Made by a program: the position numbers and the translations under genes
Shown here: positions 13,016-24,331 of the stretch, one piece after another
How the letters are laid out: every line of letters starts with the position of its first letter
How positions within the stretch are numbered: position 1 is the first letter of the stretch
Notes under the pieces: model-generated
Databases searched by the model: none
The model's input: the letters and a program-made list of their open reading frames with translations, nothing else
Told to the model about the DNA's origin: nothing
Assembly (NCBI GenBank): GCA_963775465.1
Contig: CAVZIW010000001.1
Location: 32,001 to 96,000, forward strand
Length of the DNA stretch: 64,000 nt
From: Candidatus Bathyarchaeota archaeon
GTDB taxonomy: Archaea > Thermoproteota > Bathyarchaeia > Bathyarchaeales > Bathycorpusculaceae
Direction of reading: 5' to 3'

Positions 13016-15773
13016 ATGCAAAAAAACAAAACTCTTTCAATTATTATTTGCTTAATTCTTGCAATATCAATGACAGTATCTCTCAGTGCTTTAGAAACTA
13101 CTGATGCATACAATACAGCAACGCAAACAGCCATTGATCAAGGCATGCACTGGGCAGGCATGAGTTCAGACGCTTCTGCTACCCGATTACTTCTTTGGAG
13201 TAGATTCCAAGACAACATTCCAACCCACGTCTACATAATGATCGCACCAAACCCAGTGGGTATCGGTCAACAATTCAACGTCGTTATGTTCAACCCACAG
13301 GTACCGCCAAGCGCATCATTAGGCAATGATATTCGATATTACTTCAAACTCGACATTACCAAGCCAGACGGATCTACAGAAACACTTCCCCCATCAGGTT
13401 CAAGTGGAGGAAGCATTTCAACAGGCGGAGTTGTAGGTGGCAAATTCGTCTCTGACTCAACAGGTTCAGCTTACACTGCATATACACCAGACCAAACAGG
13501 AAACTACACTTTTACAGTTACTTTCTTTGAGCTAAACTATAACTGGAACTCATCAACTGGTGGTAGCAACGACTACTACGGAACAACTTTCCTTGAAAGT
13601 ACTTTCACATCGACGGTTAATGTGCAACAAGAGCCCACTAATCTGATAGGATTGCCCAATATTCAGGCTTTACCGACTGAATACTGGACGCGGCCAATCG
13701 ATGGTCAAAACACAGACTGGTACCAAATCTCATCAAACTGGCTAGGCAACTCTCATGATCGTGACAACGGTGGAATTGAGAACCGCTATCAAGCTGACGG
13801 AACTGCGCCTAACAGCCCACACATTCTCTGGACCAAACCGACGGAAGACAATGGAGTTGTTGGAGGCTCAGACCTTTCACGCGCTGGCAACACTTTCAAT
13901 GCAGGATCACAGTATCAACCTCGATTCATGAACCAGATCATAATGTACGGTCGACTCTACTATTCACCAAACGTTTTCACTTTAGGTGCAAGTGATTTTA
14001 TGGATTGTGTTGATTTGAAGACTGGCGAGCTTCTTTATGAAGTTAACACTACAGAAATAGTCGGTGCACAATTCCAAAATTGGGCGTACTCCATAATGAG
14101 TTCGCCAACGAACTATTGGTTTGGTTACTACTACAGCCAAGATGATCCTAATGAGCATGGCATTCAAAACCCTGGATGGATATTCACCTATAACTATCAG
14201 AAGGCTATTCAACCTCAACGCGGAATTGCTTCGCCTTGGACCATCACAAATGTTCCCTCTTCAGGCGCATTTGAAATACCTGGTCCCGCAGGTGAAAACC
14301 TACGTTTGGTCTTTACTAATACAGGTAGTTCTTCAAACCCCGCCTATTATCTAGCGCAATGGAACTCTTCGAGAGTCATTCCGATGATAGCTGCAGCAGC
14401 TGACCCACGTGTTCAAACTATAGATGCTGGTTTACCTTCACGCTACGACTGGAACATTTCTTCCCCAATTCAATTCAGCAATACGCCAACCATCAGAGCA
14501 GCAAAAGTAGGTGACATGCTCTGGGGAAGTAATGGTACCTGGCCCATGGGTTCAGGTAGTCCATCATATGCATTCCCTGATGAAACAACTATTTGGGCAA
14601 TTAGCTTGAAACCTGAAAGTTTAGGTCACTTGATTTACATGAAGAACATTGACATCGATAATGCAATAGAAAACACCAACTATATCTATGAACACGCATC
14701 AGTAGATGAAAATGTATTTGTAGCTTTGGAAGTTCCAATCTGCAAATTCCACGTTTACGACATGAGCACTGGCAACGAATTGTTCTCAACAGACGCTCAA
14801 GCAGACATTAACCCCTACGGGTACTTTACGTGGCCAAGTCTAATTTCTGTGACTCAGACTAAGCTTGCTTATGGTATGTTGTACACTGGCGGTTACACTG
14901 GAATGATTTCTGCTTACAATTTGACGACTGGTGATCTTCAATGGAGATACATAGCTCCCTCTGGAGGCGAGAAGATTCTTAATTATGTCTTGATGGAAGG
15001 TCTTATTTGCGATGGCAAGATCTACGTGGGAACGCATGAGCATTCAGCTGACACACCTTTGTATAAAGGAGAACGCGTAAGATGCCTTAATGCTACTACA
15101 GGTGACGAAATATGGACAATGACGGGATGGGCTTATCCTGAATCCTTCGCTACTGCTGATGGCGTTTTGGTATACTGGAACAACTATGATGCACAAATCT
15201 ACGCATTAGGCAAAGGTCCAAGCTCTACAACTGTTACGGCTTCACCTAAAGTTTCAGCATTGGGCAGCAGCGTACTGATCGAAGGAACAGTTATGGATCT
15301 TTCTTGCAGGTACACAGCAAAATGAGCAAGCAGCACGCTTCCCATACGGTGTTCCAGCAGTCTCTGATGATAGTCAATCGCAGTATATGGAATATGTCTA
15401 CATGCAGAAAGGCAAACCAAACAACACAACAGGCGTTGACGTTACACTTAGCGTTATTGACTCGAACGGCAACTACCGTGAAATCGGAACAACAAATGAC
15501 AATGCTGACGGTTTCTTTAGCTATGATTGGATGCCTGACATAGAAGGAAAGTACACTGTATACGCAGCCTTTAGGGTTCTCGTATTCTGGCCGTCACATT
15601 CCGTAACTGCCTTTAACGTGGATCCAGCTATTACTACTCCGGCACCGACATCTGCTACTCAGACAAACCTTGCAACAACAACAGACGTAATGATGTTCTT
15701 GGCAGTCGGAGTCGTCGCCATAATAATTGCAATAGCCATAGCCACTGTTCTACTACTTAGGAAAAGACCATAA
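13016..15773 (+). CDS. PQQ-like beta-propeller surface protein, split by a frameshift at ~15304 (ORFs 12998-15325 and 15387-15773)
   Basis: Paralog of 8693-11260; removing one T at ~15304 restores DLSAGTQQNEQAARFPYGVPAVSD..MEYVYMQK; ends in TM-RKRP. Confidence 0.85.
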
Positions 15774-15932
15774 AAACAACAATCAAAAAACAAACAATCT
15801 TTCCCTTTTTTTTAATATTCATGTGAAAAAATTCAGCTCGAGGGCTCTGGGTCAAAATCACAATACAATAGCCATAGTGAGTTAGGCTATTCATTTCTCC
15901 TTTAACCTAAATATCCAGAGCCTCAGCAAACC

Positions 15933-17015
15933 CTACCTTTTAACTTTTGGATTCCTCTTAATTGGATTATAAATCATTGAAACACTTAGGCGGCGGCGAC
16001 TATTGGAGTTTACTAGTTCTCTGTTTATTCTTGTGTTTTCTCTGCCGTGGCTTCCATGTCCTATCCGTTTGATTCTCCAATGATCAATGTTTCCCCTGAT
16101 AATCTGAGGATTGCTTGTAACCATATAGAAGGGCATTTTAGTTTGGGAAGTGTAGAGTTCGGCGATAAAGTTTAGGAATTTTCCCAGCCGATTCCCTGAA
16201 AGTCAGGTAATACAACAAGTCGTGAAACTCGAAAATAGTTTGATTTCATTTTAATGCAAATACTGCAGTGAATGCGACTAGGTTTGTCCTGATAAAGGCA
16301 CAGTAGCATCTAACGCCTGCTCCTAAGGCTGCCGTTTAGATAGTGATATTGCCGAAACATTTGCCAAATGGAATCGCCGCACCGATAGACGTTGAGTTCA
16401 ACGGGCGGCCTGGCTCTTTTTTTCGACTAAATTCCATGGTGTCAGTGCAGAAGACCCAATCGGGATCCAGCCAGTCAACGACATCATAGTGGCAAGTAAC
16501 AGCTATGAACTTCTTTTTGGATCGGCGAACAGCCATGCTGATGGCAAACGCGCTAACTTTTGCGATTTCGCGGTCGACAACTGGTAAACTCATCGAAGAC
16601 AATCAAACGCTCGTCCAGGGAGAGCGCCTTGCAATATCCACTCGCATCTTTTCTCCTTGGCTGAGGCAATCATAGCTTTTTAGCCAATCGGGTGGAGAAG
16701 CAAAGCCGACGCTGCAAAGCATCCTTGTAATCTCAGAGGTTTCAAGCCCCTCGGGGAAATCATCTAGAACGCATTTGTTCGTGTACTCAAAGCCTCGAAT
16801 ATAGGCGTCGGGAAAAAGTTGTTTTGCAATGCTGGTTTTACCAGACCCACTACGACCGACGATAACGCCGATTTGCCAATCAAAATCCTCAAGCGGCAAA
16901 GAACCCAAAACCGCTTCTCCAATTTAACATCATTAAGCGTATAGCTCCTACGACGCTTTGCGCCCAAAGCTGTCTGATTCTTCCCAGCGTTTTACAATGT
17001 CAAAATCCGTAGCCT
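15933..17015 (-). pseudogene. Virus-type ABC ATPase followed by GNAT (Mom-like) acetyltransferase domain, multiply frameshifted
   Basis: Walker A GRSGSGKTS, LSQGEKMR signature, VVDREIAK, AVTCHYDVVDWLDPDW; downstream IWQMFRQYHYLN, SRLVVLPDFQG and YMVTSNP in shifted frames. Confidence 0.75.
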
Positions 17016-17565
17016 ATATCCCTCCAATTTTAGCTTCTCATACTTGGCTTTCTGATCAGCTTCATCTCTGCACTCGACGATTATCTCGTAGGTTCCAGGA
17101 ATCGAAAAAGAGATGTCCGCGATCATCCACCTCTATAGGGAGCTGCTCGCCTACCGATTCGAGAAGTGCCTTCAACTCTTCCCTTTCGCCATCCTCAACT
17201 ATACGCAAGTACTCAGCACTGTCCAGCTCTCTGTTGTGTTTACCTCTTAGCTTGTTAAGCACCTGCCTCAACAATCGCCGATCAACGTCTTTAACGGGCA
17301 AACGGATAACACTGCATTCGGTCATGCCAAGCTCCTTCATAGCGGTAACACGCTGCTGCCCATCAGCCACCAAAAATTCACTGTTAGTGACGACTGGAAC
17401 GATGTCACCCCATCTTCTAATCGAAGCTTTCAAGCGGTCAAGCTGCGCAAGGCTCATCCGGTCGGGATTATCTTGGTCAAACTTGAGATCACTGATTTTC
17501 ACGCGCTCCGACATCGGAATAGGAATTTCTCGGTCTCGCTCAGTTTCGACTTGTCGGTGGCTCAT
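17000..17565 (-). CDS. ParB/Srx-like N-terminal domain protein (virus-type), C-terminal tail frameshifted
   Basis: VKISDLK...NP...LKASIRRWG..VPVV....VADGQQR; shifted frame continues VECRDEADQKAKYEKLKLEGY. Confidence 0.75.
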
Positions 17566-18351
17566 ATTTTCGGATTCTCCATTTCATTTTCTCTTGTCGG
17601 TAATTGGTTAATTTGGACATTTTGGGTATTCTTCTTAAACCAGTCGCATGGCTCCGAGCAAGTCGGACACTTATCTCTAAGGTATCGAGCGTTACGTGCG
17701 TCAGTCTCCGCGTTTTCCGCTTGTTCTTGCTGTTCTTCTAACTCGTCTTGCTTAGCTTGCTCGGGTGTCCTGTTAGCGATAAACTGCTGTATGTTCTCGG
17801 TTGTTTTGAAAACGTGATGTGTTCACAGTAGCGCTCAAAACTCTCGGGAGAAAATAGGTCATGGTTCCACGCTGCATAGACGGGAGCTAAACGCCTTTCC
17901 TGTTCACCTTCGCAAAGGTCCCAGTAGCCGGCGTGTTAAAAATTGCTTCCTCTGCTCTATTGCTCTCTAAACTTACGTGTTTCTTCGATAAGCCAATAAA
18001 ACCGAGCGTAAAATACCCAGTTAGCCATAGGATCTTTATACGTTACAAAAGCATCTGTGAAGACTTGGAAAACCTCTAGTATTCTAGCAATAAACCGACG
18101 GTCTGCTTCATCAACAAGTGCCTGGTCATCCGTTGATAAAGGATTAACAGCGGTATCTCTCCTTCTAAGGTTCTTCCATTCCGTCGGCATGGTATTGTAA
18201 GATTTGGGTTGTCGTACCTATGTAATTCGTTTTCTGCTTCATTTAACGCTGCGTCTCTATTATCCCATGTTATTCTTGTTGTACCCTCTTTTGGGTGTTC
18301 AGGTAACACATTTTTTTCCAAAAAATGAAGTTTCCTGCTTAAAATGTTCAT
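17563..18351 (-). pseudogene. Hypothetical mobile-element protein, fragmented
   Basis: Overlapping ORF pieces 18076-18351 and 17957-18190 plus a downstream open frame ending at the ParB start; co-oriented operon-like packing. Confidence 0.4.
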
Positions 18352-18895
18352 TTCTTCTTATCCTCCGGTTTCGGTATTAGTATACTGTTCTTGAGCTTCT
18401 CCTCTAACGTTAACACCCGAATCTCCAACTCCTCGTCCTTAAGCAAGGGACAAGCTGAGACCGCCGAAACCAAAACTCTCGCCCAGCCCAGCTTAGCTTT
18501 GTCGCTGTTTCCGCCCCATGAATTTTTTTGTGGGACAGGCTTAAAACACCGTCTAATACGCGAAATAACGTGTTTCTGCGCTCCTTCGCTGAACGGTTTA
18601 ATGATGGTTTCGTGGCGGTTTCAACTTCAACTCTGCCCCAAGTTGCATTTTGCCTCTCTTAGTTTAGCTCCTTCACCAAGGAGAAAAGACAACAAGCCGA
18701 CTAGGCGCTAAGACAGCACAAAACAAGGCAACAAATAATCTATGCGTACTAAAGAAATAAGATTATTGGTAGATGAGAGGCAAATTTCTATTTCCGATAA
18801 ATTCCAAGTGTTTTATCATGAGAGCTTTTCTTCTTTTAGTTAATGCAAACACTCCTCGGAAAAAAAGAAAAAAGGATTGCTAATTAGCGTATGTT

Positions 18896-19873
18896 TTAAT
18901 CTAAGCTGTTTGACCAAAGAACAAGTTCATTTAGCCTTTGCATTACAGTCTGGAATATTGGAAGGTCAATATGCGCCCCACCAGGGACAATGTAGTATCT
19001 GTGCAAGTCATCGTTTCCCACTGCTGCTAAAGCCTGATGGTATGCGATTACAAAGTTTGGTGGACAAACAGGGTCTATTTGTCCATAGATGCTGATAATT
19101 GGAATTTTAATGTCGAGCTGTTGATTTGGGTCTATTTTAGCATAAACTTGAGGTTTGCTATCAGGGTTTCCGCCAGTCTCAGCGAAAGCATCATCCATAA
19201 TACTTATTAAGAAAGCCTGGAATCCTGAGGCAGCAGCATCCGTTTGAGGAATCAGTGGCAACCCCATTAGTTGTTTAACTTGATCAAGAGTCATGGTAGA
19301 CACCATCATGCAATAATTGACAGTATTAGCAAAGTCTTTTGCTCCGCATATGTCAAGAACCCCGCTGTATAATTCTGGGTATTTTTCTCCAGTCAATATG
19401 GCAACTGCTCCTCCCATTGAGCCGCCCATCAGAAACACTTTGCCCGTAGCTCCATATTTACCGATTACATATTCTGTCAATTGATGAGTTCGAATAATGG
19501 CTTCTGTTATAGGCCAGCCTGTGGCACCATAGTTTGAGCATGCAAAAGCAAAGCCCTCGTCTAATATTTTCTCACTAATTCTGTTGCGTATATCGTCTTG
19601 ATATAATAGATGGCAGTTCAAGTTATCTACGGGAAATTGGTACCAGGGGCATCCTACTACTAGCATTCCGTTCCAGTTATCAGGAATTTGAATTATGTAA
19701 GCTGCATCGCCAAGTGTTCCTGTGATTTGTGTATAATCCGTACCTTCGGGGGTCGTCAAATCGGTGGTTGCTGGTTTTGCGCCTGCTGGAGCAAAAGTTG
19801 CAGACATCATCAACACGGTCAAGATCAAAACAATAACTAAACTTTTCACTGCTCCTTTCACTATCTTACTCAT
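18896..19873 (-). CDS. Secreted alpha/beta hydrolase
   Basis: Signal peptide, nucleophile elbow GGSMGG, D (GQIDP) and H (GGAH) of the catalytic triad; GGAGGTGA RBS. Confidence 0.82.
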   Translation of the reverse strand: MSKIVKGAVKSLVIVLILTVLMMSATFAPAGAKPATTDLTTPEGTDYTQITGTLGDAAYIIQIPDNWNGMLVVGCPWYQFPVDNLNCHLLYQDDIRNRISEKILDEGFAFACSNYGATGWPITEAIIRTHQLTEYVIGKYGATGKVFLMGGSMGGAVAILTGEKYPELYSGVLDICGAKDFANTVNYCMMVSTMTLDQVKQLMGLPLIPQTDAAASGFQAFLISIMDDAFAETGGNPDSKPQVYAKIDPNQQLDIKIPIISIYGQIDPVCPPNFVIAYHQALAAVGNDDLHRYYIVPGGAHIDLPIFQTVMQRLNELVLWSNSLD

Positions 19874-19941
19874 TCTCTATCACCTCCTTTAGACGCTTGA
19901 CAAAAAAATTGTTATTTGTTTGAGGTTATATTTTGGAGTGA

Positions 19942-19960
19942 GTCACAAAATGTTAGTGAC
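19942..19960. promoter_or_regulatory. Palindromic operator GTCAC-N9-GTGAC, copy 1
   Basis: GTCACAAAATGTTAGTGAC about 11 bp upstream of the TATA box of the hydrolase gene. Confidence 0.75.
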
Positions 19961-20084
19961 CACAACCATAGCATATCGTCTAAAAGAGCAACCCACGCTT
20001 GGCAAAAATGAATTACTCTATGTCTGCACAAGAATAATCAGAAAGCCTTTTACATGCAAAGAATTTCGTACTGGCCGATATTAG

Positions 20085-20468
20085 TTAACTCTGATTTTTG
20101 TCAACAGCGTCTTCAATTTTTGGAGGAATCTCCGAACCTAAAATATTCCATGTTTTATTCCTTAGCCACTTCATACTTGTTTTAGTCTGTTTTGAACAAA
20201 GAACATGTTGACCTGTCTGTGAAAACTCCTTAAGGGCAGTTGCATCGTCAAAAACAGCCAACTGTATAACATTCTTGCTCAAGAACTCCAGTCGTGCAGT
20301 AAATCCTGCAACCCCTTTTGCCACCTCTAATTGTTTTTGAACCTTGCGAGCCCTTATAAGAAAGGTGAAATAAGACCACACTGATTTTCGTTCAGCAATT
20401 GCTCCATAAGCGAGATAAGATTTTGAAGGGTCTACTTCTTTATATTCTTGCCATGGGACAGTTACCAT
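20085..20468 (-). CDS. DUF3291/dimeric alpha-beta barrel-like protein
   Basis: Pattern KQL..AKG..GF......QLAVF.D..AL.EF..TGQH; ATG at 20468 follows TATA box and operator. Confidence 0.55.
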   Translation of the reverse strand: MVTVPWQEYKEVDPSKSYLAYGAIAERKSVWSYFTFLIRARKVQKQLEVAKGVAGFTARLEFLSKNVIQLAVFDDATALKEFSQTGQHVLCSKQTKTSMKWLRNKTWNILGSEIPPKIEDAVDKNQS

Positions 20469-20528
20469 TTTTGTCACAAACCCCTTTTCTATGTAAGTAT
20501 GACAGTGCGTTGTTATATTTTGTAGTGG

Positions 20529-20547
20529 GTCGCAAAATGTTAGTGAC
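20529..20547. promoter_or_regulatory. Palindromic operator, copy 2
   Basis: GTCGCAAAATGTTAGTGAC with the same spacing to TATA. Confidence 0.75.
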
Positions 20548-20590
20548 CACAACTCCAGAACAGTGATTATGACTGAGGGTGCTTTTCAGT

Positions 20591-20905
20591 TCAAATGTCA
20601 AGGATGTCAATTTTGTGTTTTTGCGCTTCTTCTGCTTCACTTATCTTCTCTGCAGCAAACATGTCCAGCACTTTCTCAAAAGGCAACGCGTAAAAAACAG
20701 CCGGGCGCTCCATTGTCGCGTATACGAGCCCTTTTCTCTGCAAACTCTCAAGACATGTATAAATCTGTTGTTTGGACAATTTCATTTCAGTGAATATGAC
20801 CTTGGCCTTGCTTGGTCCTTTCTTGGATAGGAACACGTAAGTTTTAGCTTCTGTGTGGCCCAAGCCAAAGCCCTTGAGAGTTTTCTTTAGTTTCTCTAGA
20901 CCCAT
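20591..20905 (-). CDS. TrmB-family winged-HTH protein (DNA-binding domain only)
   Basis: LKGFGL...EAKTYVFL.KKGP...Y..L.SLQ.KGLV......PA.F.ALPFEK. Confidence 0.82.
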   Translation of the reverse strand: MGLEKLKKTLKGFGLGHTEAKTYVFLSKKGPSKAKVIFTEMKLSKQQIYTCLESLQRKGLVYATMERPAVFYALPFEKVLDMFAAEKISEAEEAQKHKIDILDI

Positions 20906-20980
20906 TTTCCTTTGTTCAACCTTAGTTTATTTTAAGTAATAAAAAAGAAAGAAAGTAACAAGCTGCACCGATAATATTGC

Positions 20981-21697
20981 TTATGGTGGAACCCAGGTCG
21001 CTATTCCGTGCATCGTTATAAAGCACTCAGTCATTTCACTGCCCCATCCTGGACTTGTGAAAACTCCGTTTGCATTAAAACCCATTTGATCTATGTAGCC
21101 TGTCCATCCTGAAGCTCCTGGATAACCTGTTAAGCTAGTGATCGATTCACTGTGTATTGAACCGCCAACTTTGTTCAACTCAATCGTGAAAGCAGGAATG
21201 ACTACTGGCACTGCAGTAGTAAGTGAAGTCGGCCAAATTACTGTCTGCGGAGCAGTTAGAGCAATTGTTATGCTGTTGCCATGCCTTTCAACTTGGAGCA
21301 CACTTTCAGAAACAGCTTTCATATTTGGTGGGAATATTGAGCAGGGAAATCCACTTAAGAGAGCTTTATTCCATGCTAAGAGTTCAGCATTGCTGTTGGT
21401 GGTGAAGTATGCTAGAGGTATCCATGTTCCAGGTCCATAAGGCATGTCTATTTCTATGTTGTCTGCGGGACCGTAGGTTCCAGCTTCTACGTCAATACCC
21501 TTAATGCGAAGCACTACTGATGAAGAACCAGCTGTAGGCCAATCGTTTGGTGCCGTGACAAATCCATATCCATTACTCACATAGATTATGTCCGCTCCTT
21601 CTGGAACATTCATGTTCTTAGCGAAAACAGGAGTAAGCAAGGTTGAAACCATTAACAAGGACAACGTGAGAAGGGCAAATGCTCTTTTTTCATCCAT
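20981..21697 (-). CDS. Secreted hypothetical protein
   Basis: Signal peptide, GGAGGTGG RBS, 238-aa open frame. Confidence 0.7.
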   Translation of the reverse strand: MDEKRAFALLTLSLLMVSTLLTPVFAKNMNVPEGADIIYVSNGYGFVTAPNDWPTAGSSSVVLRIKGIDVEAGTYGPADNIEIDMPYGPGTWIPLAYFTTNSNAELLAWNKALLSGFPCSIFPPNMKAVSESVLQVERHGNSITIALTAPQTVIWPTSLTTAVPVVIPAFTIELNKVGGSIHSESITSLTGYPGASGWTGYIDQMGFNANGVFTSPGWGSEMTECFITMHGIATWVPP

Positions 21698-21763
21698 TTT
21701 CCACCTCCTTTTTCATCTTTATTAAAGACCACTAAAACGGACAAAGGCTATATGTTATGGTGA

Positions 21764-21782
21764 GTCGCAAAATGTTAGTGAC
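21764..21782. promoter_or_regulatory. Palindromic operator, copy 3
   Basis: GAGTCGCAAAATGTTAGTGACTC between divergent genes, same spacing to TATA. Confidence 0.75.
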
Positions 21783-21912
21783 TCATTTGAAGAGACAAAA
21801 CCCCACAAATCTTATAAACAGTCTCAAAAGACTTCTGACTAATACTACATGGCTCGAAAAGCGAGCGGGCAGATGAGGGAAATTTAGCCAAGAACAAGTT
21901 CTCAAAACGCTC

Positions 21913-23946
21913 ATGGGTTTGGGACTGACAAGGTTGGATTCTCAAGTCTACATTTACCTCGCCAAGAAAGGCTCCTTAAGAGGGCAAGACTTATCAAAAG
22001 GTCTCAAAATGCAAAAGCAGCAGCTCTACCGCAGCCTGAAAAACCTGCAGAAACAAGGCATAGTCAACGCCACTTTGGAGTATCCCGCTCGATTCAATGC
22101 CGTTTCCTTTGACAAAGTCGTCGATATATTTGTAAAAGCCAAAATGGCGGAAGCACACCAAATTCAAGAGACCAGAGATGAAATTCTGGCTAATTGGCAA
22201 TCCATAAATCTTGCCGACTCACTAGACTCAACTGCAAAATTCAACTTAATAGAGGGCAGAGGACCCGTCTATGCCAAGATAATTCAGATGATTAAGGAAG
22301 CAAAAAACAATATAGCAACAATATCCACAGTCACAGGCTTAATCAGAGCTGATCAATTCGGAGTCTTTAATGAAGATTTAGCCACCCAGATCCCATTTAA
22401 GATTCGTTTTCGCGCCATTACTGAATTGACCGAACAGAACATAGAGATAGTAAGAAACCTAATCAAGGACTTCGATAATGCAAGGTTCAGTTTCGAAGCA
22501 AAAACACCTGAATTAAGCTTGAAGCTTCCTCAGCTTGTTTTAAAGGATGAGGATGAAATATTGTTCTTCATTACTCCAAACTTGAATTTCTCTGCACCAG
22601 AAAATGAAGACATGTGTCTCTGGACGAACTGCAAGTCTCTCGTCCAAGCGTTTACGGGTGTCTTCGAGGATCTATGGCAAAATTCCACAGCTATTGAAGC
22701 TAAAATTTTAGAGATTAAAACTGGTATACCTGCAACCCCTAAAACATACGTTATCAAGGATGCCAAGTCAGCTTACAAAAAATGGGACTACAGCTTGAAC
22801 AGGGCTGAAAAAGAAATAATAATCGTGACTTCCCCTGCAGGTCTAACGCAACTTTGCAGAAACAATCAACTCATTGAAACGTGGATGAAAAAAGATCTCT
22901 CGGTGAAGATAATGACTCCTATTTCGAGTCAGAATATAAGTGATGCTCAACTTTTATCGCGGCATTATCAAGTAAGGCACATTCCAGCAGAATATGTTGG
23001 AACAACTTTAGTTGATGGAAAACATCTTTTCCAATTCAAGAATCAACCGATCAACAATGTGAACAACTCGTCATCAGAATTAACTTTTGAGAATATTTTC
23101 TACACGAACGATATTGAATACGTTGAGAAAACAAGAATCATGTTGAATGATATTTGGAAAAATGCTCAAGTGCCTTCAAACCTTACACTTGAATCAATTA
23201 ATCGAGCTAATTCAATGGTCGCAGATCTTTCTGAAACTGCCATTCCTAAAACAATGAATAGAATATACCGTACTCAGCTTTCAATAACCGAAGAAAACAA
23301 TGAACAGCTAACAGAAAAGAACATAATAAACAAGATGGTCAATCCCGAATATCTTGCCCAAGGGCGAGCAAATTGCACGGTGAAAACTTTTAGTACAAAT
23401 TGTCAAGCGCTCATTCACCCACCTGCGAATTTTAAACTAACTGATTTCTTGATTCATATTTATCATATTGAGAAAACATCAACAAATGGCGAGGAAGATT
23501 TTATTTCAATATTCCCTTGGATGAACACGCTACTAGGATATGCTTATGTGCCCGCCGTCGTTTTGACCGATAATCCTAAGGCCGTTGATTTCTGGAAACG
23601 ATTCTTAGTGGGTACTCCTTCTGAGAATAATGTCAGACTAGTTGATAAAGGAACAATACAGGTGCGCACTCGTGGAAACACTTTTTTCGCGAGTTGGAAT
23701 ACCGAAATTCCATATCTTGATGAATACGTTGTACCCCCGTCATGTTTGATGGTTGAAGGATATGGAAAACTCAAAACAGTTGCATATTCCGTAGCAGTTG
23801 CTTCTGGCTATAAGATGAAGACAGAAGGAAACATCTTTACAGATGCATTTGTAACATTTTACCATCCAAAATCAAAATATTCAGGACCAGGAACGGACGG
23901 CGTCTTAGGAAGAGACGTCATAATGGAATTTTACCCACCAAGTTAG
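21913..23946 (+). CDS. Large TrmB-family transcriptional regulator (wHTH plus two PLD-like effector domains and a C-terminal domain)
   Basis: N-terminal TrmB HTH; repeated A.KEI.I.T and F..LW..S/A motifs. Confidence 0.85.
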   Translation: MGLGLTRLDSQVYIYLAKKGSLRGQDLSKGLKMQKQQLYRSLKNLQKQGIVNATLEYPARFNAVSFDKVVDIFVKAKMAEAHQIQETRDEILANWQSINLADSLDSTAKFNLIEGRGPVYAKIIQMIKEAKNNIATISTVTGLIRADQFGVFNEDLATQIPFKIRFRAITELTEQNIEIVRNLIKDFDNARFSFEAKTPELSLKLPQLVLKDEDEILFFITPNLNFSAPENEDMCLWTNCKSLVQAFTGVFEDLWQNSTAIEAKILEIKTGIPATPKTYVIKDAKSAYKKWDYSLNRAEKEIIIVTSPAGLTQLCRNNQLIETWMKKDLSVKIMTPISSQNISDAQLLSRHYQVRHIPAEYVGTTLVDGKHLFQFKNQPINNVNNSSSELTFENIFYTNDIEYVEKTRIMLNDIWKNAQVPSNLTLESINRANSMVADLSETAIPKTMNRIYRTQLSITEENNEQLTEKNIINKMVNPEYLAQGRANCTVKTFSTNCQALIHPPANFKLTDFLIHIYHIEKTSTNGEEDFISIFPWMNTLLGYAYVPAVVLTDNPKAVDFWKRFLVGTPSENNVRLVDKGTIQVRTRGNTFFASWNTEIPYLDEYVVPPSCLMVEGYGKLKTVAYSVAVASGYKMKTEGNIFTDAFVTFYHPKSKYSGPGTDGVLGRDVIMEFYPPS

Positions 23947-24331
23947 GCAAAATATAAGCCTAATTCACTGAGCTAAAAAAAGGAAGATTTTGCGGGAGAC
24001 ATCGCCATTCAGGGTATGTTCCTCCAAACAGTAGGTCTTTTTGGCTGAACTGTAAAATGATGGTTTCTTGCGCGCGCCTAGCCCTTCACCAACAATTCCA
24101 GAATTTCCAACATGGATCCTAATCGGCTTAATAATGGGAATGATCATCATTTCTGTCTCCTTATTCATAAAATTTAAAAAAACTAAAGCCTAACCCTGTT
24201 AGAATAATTAAAAGGTAAACAAAAAGAAATGCCTTAAGTCGAATTTTATTTTCGATAAATTCTTTTCAAATCTGAAATGCTACTTATAAAAAAGGGAGAT
24301 TGCAAAAACACGAAAAATGTTACTGTTGATG

